From positions 96,001-160,000 of the forward strand of contig JAZDKJ010000006.1 of NCBI GenBank assembly GCA_043803105.1: DNA of 64,000 nt, in the 5' to 3' direction. The notes below the pieces were generated by a model that was not told where the DNA came from, did not search any database, and saw only the letters and a program-made list of their open reading frames with translations. The DNA comes from Candidatus Woesearchaeota archaeon. Its GTDB lineage: Archaea > Nanobdellota > Nanobdellia > Woesearchaeales > JAZDKJ01. The translations under genes were made by a program, and so were the position numbers. This document shows, in pieces, positions 38,763 through 48,600 of the stretch (position 1 is its first letter; every line of letters begins with the position of its first letter).

Positions 38763-39779
38763 TCAGCGGATGATCTCCTTTGCCCTGCTCAGTAATCCTT
38801 CACTAACATTCAGCCCCAGTTCTTGAGCAACTTTGTAGTTGATCCGCAGATAGTTCTCGGGTGTGACAACCGGAATTGTGCCGGCTGGGGTGCCTTTAAA
38901 TATTTTATCAGCTATGACTGCGGCCATCCGGCCTTGCTCAGCCATGTCAGGAGCATAATTGCATATAGCTCCAAGGTCTGTCATAAAATTCAGAGTGCCG
39001 CCAACAGGGATTTTATGTTCTTTTGCGAACTTCATGATTGCCGCAAAACCATCGGGCGAAGGGGTAAGGGTATCAGGCATCATCAGAATGGCATCAATGC
39101 CAATATCTTTCGCTTCAGCTCGTACCTTAAGATCAGCCTGAAGTTCTTCTAGATTACTGACAGAATCTTGCACTAATGTTATGCCTAAAGAGGAGGCCGC
39201 CAAGCGCGCCCCCTCAAGAGCGGGAGGGGTATTGGGGTAATTGAGGTCATAGATTAAATAAAATCTTTTGGCCTGAGGTACCAACTCGTGCAAAATCTCA
39301 AGACGATTGGCTGTATCATCCACCAAGGCCGGGCCACGAACACCGGTGATATTTCCGCCCGGCCGCTGCACACTTTCTATCAAATTATTCATATCTACAC
39401 CGGTTTGGGCAAAAACCACCGGGATGCCTGTTCCTTGGGCGACTGCTTTGGCCTCTACGGCTGGCTCACTGGGAAATGCAAAAATCAGGTCAACCTTGTC
39501 ATCCACGAATTTCTTGAGAGCTCGCTTCTCTCCTTCAGGGTCAGCGTTAAATTTCTGAAAGTCATAAACGATGTCCTTGCCTTCTATGTAGCCTAATTCA
39601 GTCATTTTTGCCTTGAAGCCGTCTGCTATAGGGGTAAAAGGTTCTGCGCCAGACAGAATCCCCACGTGATAGACCTTTGGCGTTTCTGGTGAAGTGCAGC
39701 CGCTCAAAAAAATGACAACCGCTAACAAAACTACAAGCGTTATTTGCCGCCTCAACGCGATTTCCTTGTCCCCAGCCAT
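38763..39779 (-). CDS. ABC-type substrate-binding lipoprotein (ABC_sub_bind-like)
   Basis: Lipobox FLSGC, GFKAKMTELGYIEG, PGGNITGV and LRINYKVAQELGL. Confidence 0.88.
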   Translation of the reverse strand: MAGDKEIALRRQITLVVLLAVVIFLSGCTSPETPKVYHVGILSGAEPFTPIADGFKAKMTELGYIEGKDIVYDFQKFNADPEGEKRALKKFVDDKVDLIFAFPSEPAVEAKAVAQGTGIPVVFAQTGVDMNNLIESVQRPGGNITGVRGPALVDDTANRLEILHELVPQAKRFYLIYDLNYPNTPPALEGARLAASSLGITLVQDSVSNLEELQADLKVRAEAKDIGIDAILMMPDTLTPSPDGFAAIMKFAKEHKIPVGGTLNFMTDLGAICNYAPDMAEQGRMAAVIADKIFKGTPAGTIPVVTPENYLRINYKVAQELGLNVSEGLLSRAKEIIR

Positions 39780-39792
39780 CCCTATCCCTCCT

Positions 39793-41202
39793 TCACTTCT
39801 TTCTAGGCCCTTCCTCCTGCTCCGCTATCCTCTTCTTGAGCTCTATCATCTTGAGTTCTCTTCCCACAGTGAGTTTGCTGAATTTTTCCAATTCCTCAAC
39901 TTTTGACCCTAGCTCTTTGTTCAGTTTAATCAGTTGTTCCTCTGCTTTCTTGCGTTCGCTGATGTCTCGAAAAAAACCCAATAATAATTCTCGATTTTTG
40001 ATTTTTATTGGTTTGGAGCTAACATCGCAATAAATTATTGTTCCATCTTTTTTTAAAACCTGAACGTCTTTTGCAATAATTATTTTTCCTTGAAGTTGTT
40101 TTTGGAATTGTTCTAAGATATATGGCAGCTCTTTTTTTGGATGAATGTCGTTTGGGCTAAGCTTAAGTAATTCATGCTTGAGATAGCCGGTTATCTCACA
40201 AATTCTTGGATTGGCAAAAACAAAATTTCCTGTTTTTGCATCGGCAACTAAAATTCCATCTGCTGCCCCTTCAAAAATTACCCTGAATTTTTCTTCGCTG
40301 ATTTGTAGTGCCTCCTCTGCTTTTTTCCGCTCGGTTATGTCTTGAAGCGTCTCCAAAGCGCAGGTTGGTTTTCCTTTTTTGTCTTTGAGTGCTATGGCTG
40401 TAAAATGCAGCCATATTCCTCCCTCTTTCATTTTCGGGAAAAAGGCTGTTGCCTCGTATGCACCTCTCACAAATTTTGATTTACTGTGATTATCTCCGTA
40501 CCATTTTCTCAAATTCTGCACAGAGCCTTCTAAAAGCAGGTCTGCCATGCAGGGTCTTCTTTTGCTGTAGAAAGCCTTCCAATGATCTCTGGTATTAAGC
40601 ACTCTTTCAGCTTTTATCCCGCTGTATTCTTCCAGCGCTTTGTTCCAAGCGATGACTTTATGGTATCTGTCAATAATGAACTGTGGTATAGGGGAGCCTT
40701 GGATGATTTCCTTTAATGTATTTTCAGTATCATGCACCGCTTCCTCCATCTTCTTGGACTGTGTGTTGTCCGTAAAAAGCCCCACAAGCACTTTCTGTCC
40801 TCCTAACATGATGGAACTGGCATTAATATCGCAGTAGATTATCCCCTTATCTTTCCTCAAGATTGGAACGTCACGATCAATCGATATTTTATTGTTTGAC
40901 AGTTTCTTGAGTTGGTCAATTGCTTCAGGCAAGTATTTTTTGGGATGAATGTCGTTCACACTCAATTTAAGTAATTCTTGTGTTGCATAGCCCGTTAACT
41001 CAGACATCCTGGAATTTGCAAAAACAAATCTTCTTGTTAGAACCTCAGCACCCAAAATTCCTGCACCCGCTCCTTCGAAAATCGCCCTATATTTTTCTTC
41101 GCTTTCTCGAAGCGACTCCTGTATTTTCTTAAGGTCTAACATCTGTTTATTGTACCTTGCGTTCGTGTCTTTCTTTTTCTTGCGAGACCATTTTTTTGTC
41201 AT
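39793..41202 (-). CDS. Cytoplasmic triple-PAS sensor ending in a GRELKMIELK coiled coil
   Basis: Three PAS/PAC units (SEEKYRAIFE, DITERKKAEE, DISERKKAEE) and C-terminal ELEKFSKLTVGRELKMIELKKRI. Confidence 0.9.
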   Translation of the reverse strand: MTKKWSRKKKKDTNARYNKQMLDLKKIQESLRESEEKYRAIFEGAGAGILGAEVLTRRFVFANSRMSELTGYATQELLKLSVNDIHPKKYLPEAIDQLKKLSNNKISIDRDVPILRKDKGIIYCDINASSIMLGGQKVLVGLFTDNTQSKKMEEAVHDTENTLKEIIQGSPIPQFIIDRYHKVIAWNKALEEYSGIKAERVLNTRDHWKAFYSKRRPCMADLLLEGSVQNLRKWYGDNHSKSKFVRGAYEATAFFPKMKEGGIWLHFTAIALKDKKGKPTCALETLQDITERKKAEEALQISEEKFRVIFEGAADGILVADAKTGNFVFANPRICEITGYLKHELLKLSPNDIHPKKELPYILEQFQKQLQGKIIIAKDVQVLKKDGTIIYCDVSSKPIKIKNRELLLGFFRDISERKKAEEQLIKLNKELGSKVEELEKFSKLTVGRELKMIELKKRIAEQEEGPRKK

Positions 41203-41337
41203 TTTTATCCTGTATTATGGTTGGTTATGCCTAAATTGCGCAATATAGAAGATAGCATTCATCTGGCCCTCTTTTTTACCTTAGCTTCATCCCTGACAGG
41301 CATATCTTATAAGCTTTTTGATTAAACACATTGCCGA

Positions 41338-41889
41338 TTAGGCCTTTCTCCTGTCATTTTTCAGCATGTCCAGTCTCCTTTTTATTTTCCTGTTTTCTTT
41401 TGTGATTTTAGATTTATTCAAACCCCTGCCCATGCTGACCCTTAGAGTATAGAAATCCTCAAGTGTTTGTTCCAGCTCCATATTCTTTGCTTCCAGGTGT
41501 CGTTTCGCCGTTTCGAGCTGGTTTTGCTGGCCTTTTAACTCGTGCGTTAGCCTTGTAAGTTCCCGGTTTGAGTTTTCGAGAGCCTTGCTCTTTTGAATAA
41601 GCTTGAATATCAATGTGAGATTAGTCTTCATCATGAACACTGCAAACAGCGCTGCTGTGGCAAGAATCGTTGCGACCAGGATGTTGCTGAAAAACAAGTT
41701 TGACAGTCCGTTCCTCACCACGTAAACATACGCCACATAGCTCAAAAGAAAAAAGCATACAAATGCGAACAGAAAGAGCCAAGGCCTTCTCAGCTCTTTG
41801 TTCTTTATGTTGAGTATCGTCGTCCTGCAGAGAAGCACTGCATAAACAAGCAATATAATGCCTATTAGCCCAAACAGAACTTCTATCAT
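41338..41889 (-). CDS. Three-TM membrane protein with a C-terminal coiled coil
   Basis: Three hydrophobic segments followed by heptads ending in ELEQTLEDFYTLRV. A minus-strand BRE/TATA at 41914-41930 lies ~25 nt upstream. Confidence 0.8.
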   Translation of the reverse strand: MIEVLFGLIGIILLVYAVLLCRTTILNIKNKELRRPWLFLFAFVCFFLLSYVAYVYVVRNGLSNLFFSNILVATILATAALFAVFMMKTNLTLIFKLIQKSKALENSNRELTRLTHELKGQQNQLETAKRHLEAKNMELEQTLEDFYTLRVSMGRGLNKSKITKENRKIKRRLDMLKNDRRKA

Positions 41890-41976
41890 TCTTTCCTACA
41901 AACAGGAACCTCACTTATAAATAATTTGCGCAAGTCTGCACATCTTTAAGCAGCCATTATGTTGATAAGCGCAGTT

Positions 41977-42030
41977 TGTAAGTAAAATATAGAAAGCCTT
42001 AAATACCACTACTTACAGATTCGCTGTAAG
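41977..42030 (+). promoter_or_regulatory. Promoter of cassette 3 with operator palindrome CTTACAG-N5-CTGTAAG
   Basis: BRE/TATA AGAAAGCCTTAAATA at 41991-42005. Palindrome at 42012-42030 and an extra half-site TGTAAGTA at 41977-41984. Confidence 0.7.
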
Positions 42031-42062
42031 GGGTTGCTTTGTTTACCAGAGAGTTCGAGTGA

Positions 42063-42677
42063 ATGCAGAAAAAGGGGCATGTAGTAACTAAAACGAGGCT
42101 TGAGAATAATGCTTTCTTTAGGTTGAAGAATCAAAACCATCTGCAAGACATTCGTGAAAGCCTTTCTGACCTCTCTGTAAAGGATGTTGATAATCTTTTA
42201 CAGAGCATGATTGAGAAGTATAATCTCCCTTATGAGGAGGTTGTGAATCTGTTCAGGCAAAAATCCCATTCTGCTCCTGCAATATCTGTGCCCTTGCTCG
42301 TTTTCCGTGAGAAAAGGCTAACCCATCTACAGTCTCTCGTTAAGTACTTGAGAGAATCAGAGAATGTCTCATTGCCAGAAATAGCACTGCTTTTGGCTAG
42401 GGATGTTTCCGCTGTCTCTCAATTATACTCCCAGGCAAAGCACCTCACGCCTGAGCCATTTCAGATAGTCGATGACGAGATCTGCGTGCCAATAGCTGTG
42501 TTTAAGGACAGGAACCTAAGCATTCTCGAGCATCTCGCAGAGTTCCTAAAAGACACGATTAAACTTCGGTATAGTGAGATTGCGAGGCTTCTTGACCGTG
42601 ACCAACGTACTGTCTGGACAGCCTATGTGAGGGGCAAGGACAAAAGGTTAAGGCTTTTGGAAGGGGTGCCTGCATGA
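42063..42677 (+). CDS. Tandem-HTH DNA-binding protein
   Basis: Two internal repeats: VPLLVFREKRLT...EIALLLARDVSAV and VPIAVFKDRNLS...EIARLLDRDQRTVW. ATGA overlap with giant protein 2. Confidence 0.82.
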   Translation: MQKKGHVVTKTRLENNAFFRLKNQNHLQDIRESLSDLSVKDVDNLLQSMIEKYNLPYEEVVNLFRQKSHSAPAISVPLLVFREKRLTHLQSLVKYLRESENVSLPEIALLLARDVSAVSQLYSQAKHLTPEPFQIVDDEICVPIAVFKDRNLSILEHLAEFLKDTIKLRYSEIARLLDRDQRTVWTAYVRGKDKRLRLLEGVPA

Positions 42678-45600
42678 GGTCTGTGCAAAAAATGATTTTG
42701 CCCCTGATTTTCCTTCTTGTTCTTGTACTCGTTTCAGCCTCTGATTACGAGAATGCCTCGTTTTCCAACATCACCATGTTGAACTGTACCGATTCCTCAG
42801 AGATGCAGGTCAATCAGACAATTAACATTTCCATTTCTGCTCAGGCTAACCTGTCTTCATTGGCTAATGTGTCCCTTTTCGGCAATTTGTCCCTGCCTGG
42901 CAATCTTTCGGATGCAGGCAACTGGTCCAACGCAAGCTCCTTTACAGCTAATGAGACTCAACCGATCAACTGGACCAATGCAAATGTCATCAATTCAACT
43001 AATCTGTCTGCTAACATCACCTTGAATCAATCAATGAATGGCTTGAACTCCCCTAATTCAAGTTCTGTGCAAGCCGCTTCTTCCCTTTGCGACCGTATCT
43101 CTGTGTTCAGGGAACAGGCTTCGATTGCTGGCCCTAAGAAAACGATTGCAGTTCATCTCGTTCTGTTATCTCAAGAGTTTGTGCCCCAGTTTGTTTTTGA
43201 TGAGTCAGTGCCTGCAAACTGGCAGGTTCTTGATTATTCTGGTTCACTGCCTTATAGCATAGTCAATTCAAGCCATCTTCTCTACCGCCTCTCTAACCTG
43301 ACCGGCCTTCAGATTTTTGGTTATCGGATTCTGGCACCTGAGGCTCAAGGCAATTACACCTTTGCCGCTTCCTTGAATTTTGTCAATCAAAGTTGTCCTC
43401 TTCCTTTGCATAAGGTCGAGGTTGTTCGCTCAAGAGCCTCTTTTGAGGTTGGAATATCCTCTAACAGGTCTTTGCCTCTCCTGGACTTCTCTTTGTTGAA
43501 TTTTTCTGTGAGAAATATTGGTGACAAGTCTGTTGAGGATTACCACACCTTTTTCTATTGGTACTATAACAAGACTGTTTTTGATATACTCTGGGTTGAG
43601 AAGAACTGTCGCCTGGCTCACGGTCTGCTCTCTTGTGAATGGAATACTTTTCTTGAGAATGAGACCAAGTTTTTCTCTATAGCAATTTTGCCAAAGCTAG
43701 CTTCACCGCAGTTTGTGAAATCAAACATCACCTATGATCCTCCCGAGCAGCCTGCAAAGGTTTCTGTACTCAAACGCATAACAGGGCTGTTTTCCAGTGT
43801 CTTCAGCCTGCTCAAGGAATTCTTTGTCCGGCTGTTTTCAGGCGGTATCACTGGCGAGGTTGTAAAGGAAGTCGGTCCAGATAAAGAAAATAAGAATGAA
43901 ACAAGACCAGCACCCAATGTTTCATTGCCAGAAACAGTGCCGACAATAGAACCTCCTGCCGCACCTAATCGGACAGAGCTGCCTGCAAGTGTGCCAGAAC
44001 CAGCACAGCCTGTAAAGAAAGTCACCCAGATTTCAGGCTCAGGCTCTTCCTCAAGTTCTTCCTCAGGCTCTAATCATCATCCTGAAGAGCCGAAAGCACC
44101 TCCCGAGGCGCCTAAGAAGATTTGGTATACCTCTGTCGCTTACAATTTCCTGAGGGCTTCAAACGTAAGCACAAATCAATCACGTCTGCCTGCTGTAGAG
44201 ATTTTTGACTCAAATCATCATCGCGTGGAAGCCACAGAACTTATTGAACAAAACAGCTACGGTTCATACGATATTTCTTTCTCATTCTCTTCAGGAGCAA
44301 CACTTGAGATACTTAATTTGTCAGCAGGCTTTGACCATTCTAAGGCTATCGGGTTTGAGGAGTTTGTTCCAGCGCAACACTCAAATCTTGAGTCTTTCAG
44401 TCGGGTGATTTCCATTGATCCTAGCTCGTTCAATTTCACTCATGCCGTCCTGCGCTACACTGCTTTAGGCACTAAGCTCTTTAAGTGTGCTGATTGGAAT
44501 TTTACCCTGCAAAAATGCCTGGGCAGTTGGGAAAACGTAATGAATCTCACCCCCGGACAAGAATATTCTGTCTTGTTCAACAATCTTGATCCTGCTTTTG
44601 CAGAGGCCTCTGTCTCTGGACCAAAAAAATTGCGAAGGCATGATTTCAAATCCTTTGAAAATCCAATTTTTGAGATAAACATGACCTCCAACATCACTTC
44701 CTATCTGTTGAATCCGGACGGGGATATGCAGAGGCTTCCTGACTCAAATGTTTTGAGGAAAGGGTTTAGCTCTTTTGAGATTACTGTGGACTCAAGGCGC
44801 TACTTCCGGCCAGGGCTTTACAAATTGCTTGTGTATTCTGGTAATGCAAGCTATGAGCAGAATTTTACCTGGGGTGTTCTTGCGGTCAACACTCAAAAAT
44901 CAATCTATAATCAGAACGAGCTTGCCAAGATTGGCATGGCTGTCCTTGATGACTTGGGAAAGATGGTCTGCAATGCAAACGTCACTTTGTTGATTACCTC
45001 CCCTGATAATCTTACCACAGTCCTTAGCACTGACAATGCCTTGATAAAAGTCAGCCCAGAATGTGCTGTTTACGGAATCACTGAGCTGCCTGATTACTAT
45101 GCTAACTATACGACCACCATTCCTGGCACCTACTCTCTTAATCTTACTGCGGTAACCTTTAATGGTGTAAGGTCAGTCTCAGACTCTTTCATCGTCGGCA
45201 AATCTGACTTTGATGTCTCGCGCAAAACTGCCACAAGAATATTCCCGTTTGTGCCATACATCGTGAATATTTCTATCACTGCAAACCATAATTACAAGGG
45301 AACAATCTCAGATTTTGTTCCCTCTGTCTTCGCGATTAACCCTCAGTCTGGCTTAACAATATCTGAATTAGGTGACACAAAATCACTTTCTTGGGATGTT
45401 GACTTAAAGAAAGGTGACACCTTGAGTCTTGCCTATGAGTATGATGCCCCTGATACTAGCCCTATGTTCTATCTGCTCGGCAAGCTGCAGATTGGCTCTT
45501 GGCAGGAATACCGTTACTGGCAGATTGCCTCTGACGCAGGCTGCAGTGCGAACAACATCAACGCTCCTGTGAGCCCCTTGAAATGTGCTGTTGATAGCTC

Positions 45601-48600
45601 TTTTTCCATGAACTGCACTGTTGTGGTAAATGGCAAGGATACCTTTACCCAACACGCACAGTATTCTTTGGGTTCTTCTTACCCAGTCATAACTGGTACT
45701 TCTGTCCATATGGATACCTTCAGCTCAAATCCTGTCTCTCATTCAAGCAGCGGTACAGTCACAGATGTTTGGACTGTTAACTGTAGGTTTCCTGGTGTTT
45801 ATGCTGTCAGGTGCAATGTGGTCTGCGGCACAAACACCACAAGCTCTACACGCCAGGTCAACATAACAGATGCATATCCTCATTGGTCTGCAAACAAGAC
45901 TGACTATCCTTCAACCTATTCAAAAACAACGCAGACAAAATTCAATGTCACCTGGGCTGACAACAAAGGAATCAGTCTCGCCAGGATTGAATTGAATTTT
46001 TCAGGCAGCAAGGTCAATTATACAATGAACAGGATTACCGGTAGTGTTACAGAGGGGGTCTATAACTTCAGCAGAGTTTTCAAGGTCGGCTCTTATCAGT
46101 GGAAAGGCTTTGCCAATGACACCTTCAACCAGAAGAACAGTACCCCTGTCTGGCGCTTTAATATTGTAAGGGCAACGCCTGTCCTTAACATCACTATCAA
46201 CAGGACAAGGAGGAACTGGACTGTTCAGGAACGCTCTTCCCTCTGGCTTAACGGCTCTATTGTTGTTGGCGAGTCACCCTATATTGAGCTTTACCTGAAC
46301 AGCACTAAGATTAACAATCGTTCAAGCCCTGCTGCAAACTATACTTATTTCCGCAAGCCTGGCAGATACAATGTTACTGCTAAAGTGCCTCAAACCCAGA
46401 ACTATACTGCAGCTCAGACTATTATCCTCTTCATCAATGTGACTGATGCAAGCCCGCCGAATATAACCCTTTTATTGCCTTTGAACAAGAGCTTCAGCAA
46501 TAACGGGAATGTGAATTTCACCTTCAATGTTGCTGATTACTCTAATATTGCGAACTGCAGTCTCTATTACGGAACATCACTCATTACTGTCAACAAGACT
46601 GTGAATAAGGCAATTACCCAAAGGTTCGTTAAGACTGGCCTTGCTGTTGATGTCTATGACTGGAAGATAAGGTGCTTTGATGTTTTGGGATATAGCTCTA
46701 ATTCTACTGTCTGGAGGGTTATTGTTGACAAGACTGCTCCTGCTGTGGTCTTGTCTTCTCCTGTCAATCGCAGCTTCAGCTCAACCGGAACAGTTCAGCA
46801 GTCTTATACGCTGACAGAAACAAATAAGGACAGGTGCATCCTTTATACTAACTATTCATCAGTCTGGAAGGTCAACCAGTCGCAGGTTCCTGTTTCTGGC
46901 TCAAACAGCTTTGTGGCAAAGACTGTGCCAGAAGGTACCTATATATGGAATGTCTGGTGCAATGATTCAGCAAAGTTTTCTTCCTGGCACTACATCAACT
47001 GGACCATTTTTGTTGATATGTATAAGCCGAAGATTAATTTCACCGGACCCACACCCGCCAACAGGACCAATCTCTCTACCCGTAATGTTGTCATTAATGT
47101 TACGCTCTTTGACAAAAATCCGAACACCTTTATCCTCAATTGGAATGGCACAAACCAAAGCATAAAGCCGTATGGCACTTACGTAAACATTTCCAAGACC
47201 TTAAACGATGGTGTTTATTCATATTATGCTGTGGCAAATGATTCATTTGGCCAGACCAACAACACTGGAAAAAGGATTCTTATTATTGACGCAACCGCTC
47301 CAAGGTTGTACCTGCGCCAGCCTTCCAATCGCACCTGGATTAATAATAACTCTGTGAAGTTTGAGTATAATATTACAGAAAATCTTGCAGGCCTCAAGAA
47401 TTGCAGCCTTATTATCAATAACAAGCTGAACCGCACCAATACAACTGTCCAGCTTGGAATAACCCAATACTTCAGGGTTAATCTCAGCAACAGCCTTGGC
47501 TACAATTGGATGATTAATTGTTCTGACAAGTTTAGGAACCGTAATTCCTCGCCTCTTAGGCTGATTAAGGTTGACTCTGCATTTCCAACCGTAAAAGATG
47601 AGAAGAGCAACACTTCAGGAACTGTTGGCATTGGCAGCACTGTCTGCTTGAATCTGACCACCTCAGATGCGTTTTCAGGTGTCAGGAACGTTACAGTAGA
47701 GCTTGATTTGCCTGCTACAGGAAAGAAAAATTATTCTTTTAGTAATGCCACTGGCGGCTGTGGTGGTGCCGGCGCATCTGTCTGGTCTCAGAAGATTGCC
47801 TGTACAGAAACCGGCTCCTATGCCTGGGTCAGGACCTTTGTTTATGATAATGCAGTAAACAAGAACACGACAGTGCCTTCGATTGCTGTCGCCTGGTCTG
47901 CTGTCACCCAGATTTTCCTCAACATCAACATGTCAAAGCCCAAGGTAAACTTTGAGCTTAATGAGTCAAAAACCAGCAGAAACTCGTCATTTCTCCAGAA
48001 CTGTAATGTCACATGCAACCAGTCATCTACCGGCTCATGCGAGGGTGTATTGATTTATGCACAATACAAGTACGGCACGTGGATAGAGTTGAACAAAACG
48101 ACAACCTTGTTGACGAACAGTCTTAACTTTAAGAACTGCAGCACACTTGCCAAGGGGCAGAATTGCAGCCAATCTTTTAACATTACTGTTGGGAAAAATT
48201 CTGGCGCAAATACCTTTGGCCTGCGATGCATGGTTTATTCGGCAAACGGCGGAACAATCTTTTCAAAGACTCAGATTAACCTCACAATAGATGATTTCCC
48301 TGTTGCCAGGTTCACATCTCCGCTTAACCGTTCTTATCTTAGGTCAAAGGTCAGGCTCAACGCCTCGAGTTCCAGTGATGATAAGTCAATTGTGTCATAC
48401 TCTTTTGAGATTGACAATAACGCAGCCTTCAGCCATCCATCCACTCTCTGCGTTACAACAAATAAGAACTGCACACTTAACACCACTTCGCAGACTCAAT
48501 GCTCTGAGAACAGTTGGGCCTGCTTTTTGAGGCTTAATGTGACTGATATCAGCAGCCTAAAAAACAGCACCATCATTAATGTCCAGATAGACAACGCAAA

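Noticed and set aside
36478-39779. ABC transporter operon
   Set aside because: There is no permease or ABC ATPase gene, and the binding proteins sit among sensors.
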